The notes under the pieces: generated by a model | Seen by the model: the letters and a program-made list of their open reading frames with translations, nothing else | Told to the model about the DNA's origin: nothing | Databases searched by the model: none | Position numbers and translations under genes: made by a program | IMG/VR virus record: IMGVR_UViG_3300028920_000022 | Span: 372,001-436,000 of that record | Length of the DNA: 64,000 bases | Reading direction: 5' to 3' (one strand) | In this document: piece after piece, positions 20,448 to 28,199 of the stretch | Layout of the letters: the number at the start of each line of letters is the position of its first letter | Position numbering within the stretch: the stretch's first letter is position 1

Positions 20448-22064
20448 ATGACTACATCATCTGATTTTGTGAAAAGTTTAATTGGGGACCAGGAAAAGGC
20501 AGAGGTTTTAGAGCCTTACCTGAAAAAGAACGAAGATTGGCGGTTCAGTGTTGCTCGTGTAATGCTAACCGGAATTCTCAAGAACCAGTTTTACCGATCC
20601 GCAGAAGATGCAGCCAAAGAAGCGTTGCCATTAATGCTTATGGCTGCAAAGAAGGATCCCGAATTCCTATTAAAGGCTGCCGCTTTTGCACGTGAAGCTA
20701 ATATGAAGGGAATGGTCAAACTGGGTCTGGCAGCTTTAGCAACTCAGGCTCCAGCCCAATTTTTAAATGATAATCGGGCTACTATTGTTGGTTTGTTAGG
20801 AACTTTTCACCCAGGACAATTACTTCAATTTGTTGAACTAATGAAGTCAAAAGTTTTGGGCAGGGGTTTTGGTGCCCGCTCTCAGAAATGGGTACAGTCT
20901 GTAATGCAGTCTTGGCGCCCAGAAAAGGTAGAAGAATATACCCTAAAATATCCAACTGCATACAAGGTTCTTCTGCGTCTTGTTCACCCATCATATAGTG
21001 ATGTGCGAAGTGGGTTGGTTCGATATTTATTGGACCCCTCAGAAAAATACCCAGAATATGGCACACCAGCGGGCAAGATTCAAAAAGCGGTTGAGCGCAT
21101 CAAAACCTCTAACGATGATGCGTATATTGCCAAAACCATGTTGGAATATGAAATTCCTTGGGATGTTGTCAAAGGATTCCATTCTATTAATGGAGATGTT
21201 GGTTTAGCAATGTTAACCCAGATGGGGCTTTCTGCTTTACTGTTAAACACACGCAGTTTAGAGAAAAATGGTGTTTTAAACACCCCGGATGGAGTCCAAG
21301 CGTTTGCTCTAAAGTTAAATGAGGTTAAAAACGGCAGATCTATTCCCATTGATTTTGCCAAACCATATATTTATTCTGAGAACCATCAGGTCAAGGAGTT
21401 ATTAGTAAAGGCGATTGTTGACACCTTGGGCAAAGAAATGCCTCATATTGAGGGAAGAAGCATTGGTGTCAGCGTTGATATTTCTGGTTCGATGAGCAAC
21501 GAACCATTACAAACTGCTGGGCTGTTAGCAATTCCATTTTTGAAAGCACGCAATTTGTGGTTTACCACGTTTGATACGCAGTGCTATGAAGAAGGAACCC
21601 AGGTACGCGGTCGAAGTTGGTATGGCGCTTTATCTGAGGGAAAATATATTTGTCCACCACTGAAGGGTTTGGAGCCGGAACAGCAGGTAAAGAATCTGTT
21701 AAGTTTGCGGGTAAATGGTGGAACTAATGTTTCTTCGTCTTTGGACAGAGCGTTGCAAAACAATATTAATTTGGATTTGCATGTTCTAATTACCGATGAG
21801 CAGCAAAATGCCGGAACTCCGTTGATGAGTGTTTGGCGTGAATATAAGCGTCGAATTAATCCACGAGCCGAGTTGTGGATAATCAATGCTACAAACTATG
21901 TGTGGCATTCTGCGGATTTCGATGATCCGAGCGTTACCGTTTATCAGACCATGACGCCTGCAATTTTTAAGAATCTACGATTTTTTGGTCAGGATTTAGT
22001 TTCTGCTATTAAATCGTATGATTTGAATAAGGTTCGTAGGTTGGGTAAGTTTAAGCCGGATTGA
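20448..22064 (+). CDS. Ro60/Rsr-like TROVE + vWA RNA-binding protein
   Basis: QFY and DPEFLLKAAAFARE N-terminal TROVE pattern, LLRLVHP, PWD, ALLLNTR; vWA MIDAS VDISGSM, GGTN, ITDEQ. Confidence 0.85.
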   Translation: MTTSSDFVKSLIGDQEKAEVLEPYLKKNEDWRFSVARVMLTGILKNQFYRSAEDAAKEALPLMLMAAKKDPEFLLKAAAFAREANMKGMVKLGLAALATQAPAQFLNDNRATIVGLLGTFHPGQLLQFVELMKSKVLGRGFGARSQKWVQSVMQSWRPEKVEEYTLKYPTAYKVLLRLVHPSYSDVRSGLVRYLLDPSEKYPEYGTPAGKIQKAVERIKTSNDDAYIAKTMLEYEIPWDVVKGFHSINGDVGLAMLTQMGLSALLLNTRSLEKNGVLNTPDGVQAFALKLNEVKNGRSIPIDFAKPYIYSENHQVKELLVKAIVDTLGKEMPHIEGRSIGVSVDISGSMSNEPLQTAGLLAIPFLKARNLWFTTFDTQCYEEGTQVRGRSWYGALSEGKYICPPLKGLEPEQQVKNLLSLRVNGGTNVSSSLDRALQNNINLDLHVLITDEQQNAGTPLMSVWREYKRRINPRAELWIINATNYVWHSADFDDPSVTVYQTMTPAIFKNLRFFGQDLVSAIKSYDLNKVRRLGKFKPD

Positions 22065-22065
22065 T

Positions 22066-22326
22066 GTGAAATATACACTTTTTATTCGCTACAGTGGTTG
22101 TGATATGGCATACGATCGTAAACTACAGAAAGTGGTTGGTCGTAAAGCCTGTAATACATCTTTCAATGGGCAGACTAACTGTAGCTTGCTTACTTTTGTT
22201 TTCAAGCAAAAATCTGCCTTGAAAATAGCTTTATCTAAGACAGCACGTTTGCGCAAACCGGGCATTGCTGTAAACGTTTGTGAAGAAACGGCTAATGGTT
22301 GTAGTTATAATTGTGAAAGCCTATGA
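22066..22326 (+). CDS. Hypothetical protein
   Basis: ORF after the TROVE gene. Confidence 0.5.
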   Translation: MKYTLFIRYSGCDMAYDRKLQKVVGRKACNTSFNGQTNCSLLTFVFKQKSALKIALSKTARLRKPGIAVNVCEETANGCSYNCESL

Positions 22327-22574
22327 GAGACTGGTCAAAACCTATTAGCAAGGGTAAGTTCTGCGATTACTGTCCATGTACTGCTTGTCAAACCGGCGAT
22401 GAAGAATGGGTCAGGACCGCAGGTAGAAATTACGAATGTGCGGATGGAACCCACATTTGCGGGGTTTGTCTTACCGAGGAACCATGCGGAGAAAACGGAT
22501 ATTTTTGTGATAGGTTTCCGTTATGCGAACACAAACCAAAACTAGCAGAATCTGAACTGAAAAAGTTTCGATAG
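22323..22574 (+). CDS. Cys-rich small protein
   Basis: Ten Cys, including CDYCPCTAC. Confidence 0.55.
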   Translation: MRDWSKPISKGKFCDYCPCTACQTGDEEWVRTAGRNYECADGTHICGVCLTEEPCGENGYFCDRFPLCEHKPKLAESELKKFR

Positions 22575-22592
22575 AAAACGTATTTTTATTTC

Positions 22593-22620
22593 GAAAGCCG
22601 GGGCTATGCTCCGGCTTTCT
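22593..22620 (+). terminator. Intrinsic terminator-like hairpin ending the TROVE operon
   Basis: GAAAGCCGGGGC-TAT-GCTCCGGCTTTC. Confidence 0.65.
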
Positions 22621-22640
22621 GCATATTATCGAATATTATT

Positions 22641-23144
22641 ATGGAACTTAAGAAAGCTGTATTTTTCGGCACCATATTACTAGTTGCATTATTTTGTTTA
22701 GACCTAATGATTAACATTAGTGCCTTGGCAATTTTATATATTTGTTTTATATTGTTTGCGTTATGGACAGATAATGAAAAATTTATATTTGGTACGTTAG
22801 TTATTAGTACGATATTAATAATGATAGCGTGGATATTTCACGGGGGTGGCACGGGATATGATAATGTCGCCAGATTGTTAGCGGGAGTAGTGATTTGGGT
22901 AACTGGGCTATTGTCAATTCAAAGAAAGCAGGTGGAAAACCGACTAAAGATGTTAAACGAAACATTAGAGCTTAGAGTAATGGCTAGAACCGCGGCATCA
23001 GAAGAAAAGTCTCGCCGATTAGAATTGCAGATTAAAGCCCTACAAGGTATTCGACATGCTGGGACAAAGAATTCATTATCTCAATTAGATGAAATTATCC
23101 ACAATTTGCAGGAAATTAGCAAACTTGAGGCTTTTGATGAGTAA
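22641..23144 (+). CDS. Membrane sensor-like protein (4 TM + signalling helix), no kinase domain
   Basis: Four hydrophobic segments followed by LNETLELRVMARTA. Confidence 0.6.
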   Translation: MELKKAVFFGTILLVALFCLDLMINISALAILYICFILFALWTDNEKFIFGTLVISTILIMIAWIFHGGGTGYDNVARLLAGVVIWVTGLLSIQRKQVENRLKMLNETLELRVMARTAASEEKSRRLELQIKALQGIRHAGTKNSLSQLDEIIHNLQEISKLEAFDE

Positions 23145-23544
23145 TAGTAGTACACCACCATATAGTAATGGAATTACTTTGAGATTTCTTGCTGATCAAT
23201 TTGCGCGCGGTTTTCAAGAATTACGTGATGCTGTAAATAATATACAAACCCAGGTTCAAGCTGGTGCTATAGATATGGCAGGAGTAAAAGCTGAGATATC
23301 TAACATGCAAGACAAAGTTGATGAATTACAGGTTTTAGTGCGTGGTTCTAATGATAGCTCGCTTACTTCAAAACTTCATACAATTGAAAAAGAATTGAAA
23401 CTTATTAATGAATGGGTAATCAATCAGAAAGCAATAAAATCTGAAAGTAGTAAAAATAAATTAGCTATCAAGGTTGCGGTAATAACTGGTAGTTTTGCTT
23501 TGTTGGCACAAATAGTAATGCAAATTATTCATTGGTTTAATTGA
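23137..23544 (+). CDS. Coiled-coil protein with C-terminal TM (holin/XhlA-like)
   Basis: Heptad-rich body and a C-terminal hydrophobic helix. Confidence 0.55.
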   Translation: MSNSSTPPYSNGITLRFLADQFARGFQELRDAVNNIQTQVQAGAIDMAGVKAEISNMQDKVDELQVLVRGSNDSSLTSKLHTIEKELKLINEWVINQKAIKSESSKNKLAIKVAVITGSFALLAQIVMQIIHWFN

Positions 23545-23603
23545 TTGGTGTTGTCGAGTGGCGTAAAAATGATTAACCATTAATAGTGGATGGGCGTTTT
23601 TCC

Positions 23604-23632
23604 TTGACATGGGAGCTTCGTTCGGCTAGCGT
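23604..23632 (+). promoter_or_regulatory. Sigma70-type promoter of the ncRNA locus
   Basis: TTGACA-17-TAGCGT; predicted +1 near 23639, which is the first base of hairpin 1. Confidence 0.7.
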
Positions 23633-23638
23633 AGGTGG

Positions 23639-23697
23639 TGTAACGCGAGGTTGATCTTTCATCTGCATTTTGTGGGTCTTCCGATTATTTCGTTACA
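23639..23697 (+). ncRNA. Y-RNA-like small RNA 1
   Basis: TGTAACG-C(bulge)-GA...TT-CGTTACA terminal stem, GATC/GGTC inner stem, TTTCATC loop, U-tract after. Confidence 0.65.
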
Positions 23698-23706
23698 TTT
23701 TCTTTT

Positions 23707-23782
23707 TGTGCATGGTGAGACTTGAACTTACAAATCCTCGGAAGATAGCGGTTTTTTAGACCGCCGTGTTTTCGCCATGTAC
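23707..23782 (-). pseudogene. Degenerate tRNA-Leu-type element with truncated D-arm (anticodon loop CTAAAAA)
   Basis: On -: GTACATG/CATGCAC-A acceptor, GCGGT/ACCGC anticodon stem, long variable arm, GTAAG-TTCAAGT-CTCAC T-arm. Confidence 0.55.
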
Positions 23783-23791
23783 ACATTTCCA

Positions 23792-23824
23792 AACACATGA
23801 TTTCTCAACACATGATTTCTCAAC
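23792..23824 (+). repeat. 15-bp tandem duplication AACACATGATTTCTC x2.2
   Basis: Read directly from the sequence. Confidence 0.9.
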
Positions 23825-23970
23825 TAAAACACTGGGGTTATTTTTCACTAGGAACAACGTTATTTTTGATACCATTTATTTTAATGCTAAGACCACCGTG
23901 GTATCTTAATGCGATGATGATGGTTGGTTTGGTAATGGTAATCCAAAGTACTAAGGTTGGAGAGAAGTAA
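23797..23970 (+). CDS. Small two-TM membrane protein (57 aa, not in the ORF track)
   Basis: MISQHMISQLKHWGYFSLGTTLFLIPFILMLRPPWYLNAMMMVGLVMVIQSTKVGEK*; no clear RBS. Confidence 0.4.
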   Translation: MISQHMISQLKHWGYFSLGTTLFLIPFILMLRPPWYLNAMMMVGLVMVIQSTKVGEK

Positions 23971-23999
23971 TTTCTACGCATATTTAGGATTCAGATTTG

Positions 24000-24060
24000 G
24001 GACGCGAGATTAGATCTTTCATCATTCATAGATATTTCGGGTCTAGTCGTTTTTTCGTCC
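24000..24060 (+). ncRNA. Y-RNA-like small RNA 2
   Basis: GGACG-C-GA...TT-CGTCC; 9-bp inner stem GATTAGATC/GGTCTAGTC; TTTCATC loop. Confidence 0.7.
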
Positions 24061-24065
24061 ATTTT

Positions 24066-24153
24066 GCGTTGTTCGTCTAAGTTAAGACATCCTTGTTAGA
24101 GCTTCTAAGCTATTACACAGGAAGATAGAGTATCGAATCTCTGCGACGCGCTA
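24066..24153 (+). ncRNA. tRNA-like element with expanded anticodon arm
   Basis: GCGTTGT/GCGACGC acceptor plus G-CTA end, GTCT/AGAC D-stem, TCCT...AGGA long arm, AGAG-TATCGAAT-CTCT T-like arm. Confidence 0.55.
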
Positions 24154-24154
24154 G

Positions 24155-24218
24155 GTAACGCGAAGTTAGATCTTTCATCATTTTCCAAGGTAAACGGGTC
24201 TAACTGTTTTTTCGTTAC
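24155..24218 (+). ncRNA. Y-RNA-like small RNA 3
   Basis: GTAACG-C-GA...TT-CGTTAC; inner stem AGTTAGATC/GGTCTAACT; TTTCATC loop. Confidence 0.7.
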
Positions 24219-24290
24219 ACTAATTTGACCCCTTTAAGACCATAAAAGGTTTGTTTTCGAAATACATTTAGACACAACATATCTTTTTAA

Positions 24291-24321
24291 AAGGCATGCC
24301 CTTTAAGGGTGTGCTTTTTTT
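24291..24321 (+). terminator. Intrinsic terminator after the ncRNA array
   Basis: GCATGCCC-TTTAA-GGGTGTGC followed by T7. Confidence 0.7.
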
Positions 24322-24325
24322 GTAT

Positions 24326-24411
24326 TGCGGGAATGTAGCAAAGGCGGCTAGCCAGTCTCATAAGCTGGCGTCCATTGATCGCGAAGGGTTCGATTCCCTC
24401 TCCCGCAACCA
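24326..24411 (+). tRNA. tRNA with CAT anticodon (Met or Ile2), encoded CCA, long variable region
   Basis: TGCGGGA/TCCCGCA-A-CCA; CCAGT-CTCATAA-GCTGG; GGTTCGATTCC. Confidence 0.85.
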
Positions 24412-24413
24412 GC

Positions 24414-24442
24414 TTGACATCGGGCATTATTTTTAGTATCAT
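24414..24442 (+). promoter_or_regulatory. Sigma70-type promoter of PARP 2
   Basis: TTGACA-17-TATCAT. Confidence 0.75.
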
Positions 24443-24468
24443 GGACCATCTTCTAAGGTGGTTATTTT

Positions 24469-25875
24469 ATGGGAAAATTGAAGGTGTGGAAAGTTGGCGC
24501 AGCTGGAGAACCCAGTTTTCCTGCCAATTTTGAGGTGGCTAAAAAAGCCGTTCTCCAAGTTACAGATATTAAAACAAATCGTAATAAGTATTATGCCATA
24601 GAACTACACTCTGCTGGCAATAAATATAGAGTGTTTACTCATTATGGTCGAACAGATGATCTGGACACGAATCCTAATGCTGGGGTGCGCGAGGTTCGTT
24701 ACGGCAACTTGTCTGAATGTGAAGCAACCTATCATCAGATATATAGTCAAAAAACTAGCGCAAGAAAAGGATATAAGGAACTTAGCTTAGCATCTTCGCG
24801 TATTGGTTCGTCTCAATCGGTTGGTAAATCTAGCGGACATGTTGATGACAAAACGCTTGAAAAACTAAACAACGGTAACAAGAAAGTGATAAAAAACAAA
24901 GTTTCTACACTTTCTCCCGTTGTACAAGATTTTGTTTCTTATATTTATGCTGAAGCCACTAATGCCCTAACTAGCACAATTAATGCCAGCATTACCGCTA
25001 ATGGTATCGAAACGCCTCTTGGTGTTTTGACACTGGGTCAGATTGATAAGGGGCAAAAGATTTTGGATGAGCTTTATGATTTATTCAATTCAAAAAAGAG
25101 CCAATCAATACGTGACCATATGGTAGAACTGAGTGGTGAGTTTTATACAGTAATTCCTCACAGAATAGGCAGAACTAGGGCTGCTGTAGAAGCTGCTGTT
25201 ATTGATAGTTTAGTAGATTTTAATGCTAAGCAAGACACATTACAACTTATGCGAGACATGTTAAGTGTTTCGGGTAAAGACTCCCAGGTACTTATTAACC
25301 CTGAAATTGATAAGAAATATAATGCTTTGGGTTGCGAAATTAAAACTGTAGATAATAAAAAGTATCAAGAATTGAAGGATTATGTAGAGAAATCACAAAT
25401 AAAAACCAGAAATATTAAAGTAAAGAATATATATTCATTATGCAGACCAGAAGAACAAAAGGTTTTTGCTGATAATATTTCAAATAAACGATTACTTTTT
25501 CACGGTTCTAGGGCAAAAAACTGGGTAGGTATTCTTTCCCGTGGTTTGTTGCTTCCTAAGATTGTGGTTAGCTTGGGTGTAAACCGAACTGACGCAGGTT
25601 GGCTTGGAAATGGTATTTATTTCGGAGATGCTGTTTGCACTACATTATACTACACGTCTCCTGGAAGGCAGAGAAACACCCGGATGATGGCGATAGCGAA
25701 TGTAGCATTAGGAAAGATGAAGGATTTTAATAGAATTACGTATGGATTAAAAGGACCACCCGCTGGATATCATAGTTGTCATGGTGTACGTGGAACCTCA
25801 TTTGCAGATGATGAATATGTAATTTATGACCAGAAACAGCAGAAACTTGAGTATTTAGTGGAGTATGTGTCATGA
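24469..25875 (+). CDS. Poly(ADP-ribose) polymerase-like protein 2 (WGR + regulatory + catalytic domains)
   Basis: NRNKYY...YGR WGR domain, TPLGVL, FYTVIPH, LFHGSR / LGNGIYF / DDEYVIY. Confidence 0.92.
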   Translation: MGKLKVWKVGAAGEPSFPANFEVAKKAVLQVTDIKTNRNKYYAIELHSAGNKYRVFTHYGRTDDLDTNPNAGVREVRYGNLSECEATYHQIYSQKTSARKGYKELSLASSRIGSSQSVGKSSGHVDDKTLEKLNNGNKKVIKNKVSTLSPVVQDFVSYIYAEATNALTSTINASITANGIETPLGVLTLGQIDKGQKILDELYDLFNSKKSQSIRDHMVELSGEFYTVIPHRIGRTRAAVEAAVIDSLVDFNAKQDTLQLMRDMLSVSGKDSQVLINPEIDKKYNALGCEIKTVDNKKYQELKDYVEKSQIKTRNIKVKNIYSLCRPEEQKVFADNISNKRLLFHGSRAKNWVGILSRGLLLPKIVVSLGVNRTDAGWLGNGIYFGDAVCTTLYYTSPGRQRNTRMMAIANVALGKMKDFNRITYGLKGPPAGYHSCHGVRGTSFADDEYVIYDQKQQKLEYLVEYVS

Positions 25876-26102
25876 GAACATCAGAACGTTTTAAAAATGC
25901 CCTTGTTGATTTTCCGGATATAGACGGTATTCCCATCACATTTACACGTGACGAGCTGCGCATAATGCTGATGTTATGCCAGTCTGTAGAACAATTGTGT
26001 AACGAGGCGGAATCGTACATAGACATTGGGTTTGATACGGACAATGAATCGGTTCGTTTACGGGAAGCTGTGCGTATTGTTCGAGAAACATTGTATGAAT
26101 AA
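25872..26102 (+). CDS. Hypothetical protein
   Basis: ATGA-coupled ORF. Confidence 0.55.
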   Translation: MRTSERFKNALVDFPDIDGIPITFTRDELRIMLMLCQSVEQLCNEAESYIDIGFDTDNESVRLREAVRIVRETLYE

Positions 26103-26399
26103 TTGATTCAAAGGGGAAGAGCTGCTATGATTAAGTTCACACAATATTTGCGACCGAACGGAATTAAACAAGCGGTAGAAATCAAAAGACCCAAAGCTGT
26201 TGAAGAAATGGCGGATAAGATTATAGAAGCCGGAGGAGAGTTTGAGGTAGAGGTTTTAAGCACCGGTACAATTTCGTTGGAGGTGGTGCGGGAAAAAGAT
26301 GGAGATATGGAAACGTTGTCTGCAGAAATTTGTGACAATGGTCCTGCTGTTTTGATTGCCGTAGACAAACTGGTAAAAGCGGCTTTTGATGCTTGTTAA
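26103..26399 (+). CDS. Hypothetical phage protein
   Basis: FTQYLRPNG motif; true start probably the internal Met. Confidence 0.6.
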   Translation: MIQRGRAAMIKFTQYLRPNGIKQAVEIKRPKAVEEMADKIIEAGGEFEVEVLSTGTISLEVVREKDGDMETLSAEICDNGPAVLIAVDKLVKAAFDAC

Positions 26400-26411
26400 G
26401 TTAGACGGGTT

Positions 26412-27038
26412 GTGGAGGAGTACATCATGAGTGCTGATTTTTCAAAATGCTGGTTCAATACTTGGGAAATAGAAGGATACATTAAATCACGCCCATGGCG
26501 TGATTGTTGGGGAAACCACCAACCAAACTTCAATTGTTTCTTTAGAAATAGTTGTGGCAAATTATTTCCAATGAACGATGCTGTTAAAGATGTCATGTCG
26601 TCCCACGCTCGTGAAATATTGAGCAGGCATCCACAGGTTCAGTTGTCAGAGTTTTTGGCAAGATTAGAAGATTCAAACAATTACATCTCTTTGCGGGATG
26701 GAATACTAGAATGGAAACGTCAATGTTTTGAGGAATATAAAAAATCTTTGGAACAAGAAGAATGTTACATCAAACATGCCCTGAAATATGGATATGATAA
26801 AGTTTTAGAATTGCCCATAGAAGATCAGGAATCGATAGATTTTACAGAAGGATCTGTGTTGTTGGAAGATGGCAAATTCTCTACCACCTTTCGCGATCAT
26901 AATGGTGATATTTTTATCATAAGTGGCGACACTGAGTTACCTCTTTCGATTAAAGAAGAATTTTTGAGCACCTATAATGGGCTAGGATCTGCCCAATATT
27001 CAGAAAACAGCGAGAAGCCCGAAGATGATCAAAGATGA
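26412..27038 (+). CDS. Hypothetical protein
   Basis: GGAGGAG precedes the internal Met. Confidence 0.6.
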   Translation: MEEYIMSADFSKCWFNTWEIEGYIKSRPWRDCWGNHQPNFNCFFRNSCGKLFPMNDAVKDVMSSHAREILSRHPQVQLSEFLARLEDSNNYISLRDGILEWKRQCFEEYKKSLEQEECYIKHALKYGYDKVLELPIEDQESIDFTEGSVLLEDGKFSTTFRDHNGDIFIISGDTELPLSIKEEFLSTYNGLGSAQYSENSEKPEDDQR

Positions 27039-27060
27039 TCAAAGCAGCTTTTGATGCGAT

Positions 27061-27303
27061 ATGAGAAATCACAGTTTCATTCGGGTGGAAACACCACAAA
27101 GTTACTCCGCTCACAAAACAGCACAGTATTATAGATGTCAAAGATGTAATTTATTAATGTATGACACTGGCATTTCTCGTTACGTTTCTTGTCTGCATGA
27201 TACTGGCATTATGCCAACGCCGCTTATGTCGCCAGACACAATAGACTGTGAAATGCAAGAAATAATATGGAAAGAAGAAATTATTAAGGACATAATAGAA
27301 TGA
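27061..27303 (+). CDS. H-CxxC small protein with IIKDIIE tail
   Basis: NH...YYRCQRC...EEIIKDIIE*. Confidence 0.7.
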   Translation: MRNHSFIRVETPQSYSAHKTAQYYRCQRCNLLMYDTGISRYVSCLHDTGIMPTPLMSPDTIDCEMQEIIWKEEIIKDIIE

Positions 27304-27548
27304 AACTTGGCACCCACGATTTTGTTGAAATATGCGAACCTATAAATAGTCCAATTTTTAACGCAGAATGTCAATATTATCGATGTATACGATGTAATCT
27401 TTTGATTTATAAAAGTAAGCTTTATCATCCGGGAGAGTGTGTTACATCATTGGTAGAGAGTAGTAGAACAGTCTCACCAGATAGTATCAACTGTGCCGAA
27501 CAAGAGAAAAAGTTTCGGTTACAATCGATTAAGGACATAATAGAATGA
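27300..27548 (+). CDS. H-CxxC small protein with IKDIIE tail
   Basis: GTH...YYRCIRC...QSIKDIIE*. Confidence 0.7.
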   Translation: MKLGTHDFVEICEPINSPIFNAECQYYRCIRCNLLIYKSKLYHPGECVTSLVESSRTVSPDSINCAEQEKKFRLQSIKDIIE

Positions 27549-27742
27549 ATCGAATGCACACCTGTGCTGAATGTGGAAATCTGTTATTAATTAGCAAAGG
27601 CCCAGACAGAACAAGAACAAACCGAGGAAAAACCATAATTTTACCTAACGATTTTGAATACGAATATTGCCCCAACTGCAAGGCTGAATGGATGACAGCA
27701 ACACAAATTAACGATCTAAGCGATTTGTTTGATGGTAAATAA
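27545..27742 (+). CDS. YgiT/MqsA-type zinc finger protein
   Basis: CAEC...CPNCKAEW. Confidence 0.55.
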   Translation: MNRMHTCAECGNLLLISKGPDRTRTNRGKTIILPNDFEYEYCPNCKAEWMTATQINDLSDLFDGK

Positions 27743-28199
27743 TAATACAACCCGCGAGTTCGGAACCATTGTTGGGACTTTGTTTGGTAAGGAACCAGAA
27801 CGTGGGTTTCTGGTGTGTTCAATAGATATTGAATTCGACAGCGGAGGAAGACAAACATTTTGTTTTGGCGTGCCAGATCTGAAATTTATTCCTATTCTGC
27901 GTAGAGAAATATGTGGTATGTTTGGGGTTACGAAAGAGAAAGCGCTGCTAAATCAAAAATGTTATGCTTTGAGATGTTTCCCTGGTAGAACTGAAATAAT
28001 AGAAGGTATCGCCACAGAATCTGGCGCAAAGTTTACACGTGTAGGTTGGGCTAAGAGAATGGGGCTGGAACAGGAAACAGTAATACAAGAAAAGTATACT
28101 GAGTACCAAAAATTAAAACAGTACCATCGTAAATGCCTAGATGAAATTGAAGACAAGATGACCAAAATAATGTTTGAATACGTAGATTGGGAAAAATAA
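27729..28199 (+). CDS. Hypothetical protein
   Basis: ORF within the operon. Confidence 0.55.
   Translation: MMVNNNTTREFGTIVGTLFGKEPERGFLVCSIDIEFDSGGRQTFCFGVPDLKFIPILRREICGMFGVTKEKALLNQKCYALRCFPGRTEIIEGIATESGAKFTRVGWAKRMGLEQETVIQEKYTEYQKLKQYHRKCLDEIEDKMTKIMFEYVDWEK

Noticed and set aside
24094-24114. Amber-suppressor (CUA) or Arg anticodon within the tRNA-like element
   Set aside because: TTCTAA is present but is not framed by a 5-bp stem and 7-nt loop.
23639-24218. CRISPR array interpretation of the three GATCTTTCATC-containing repeats
   Set aside because: Only three divergent copies, irregular spacing (361 and 155 bp), structure conserved by covariation rather than identity, and no cas genes.
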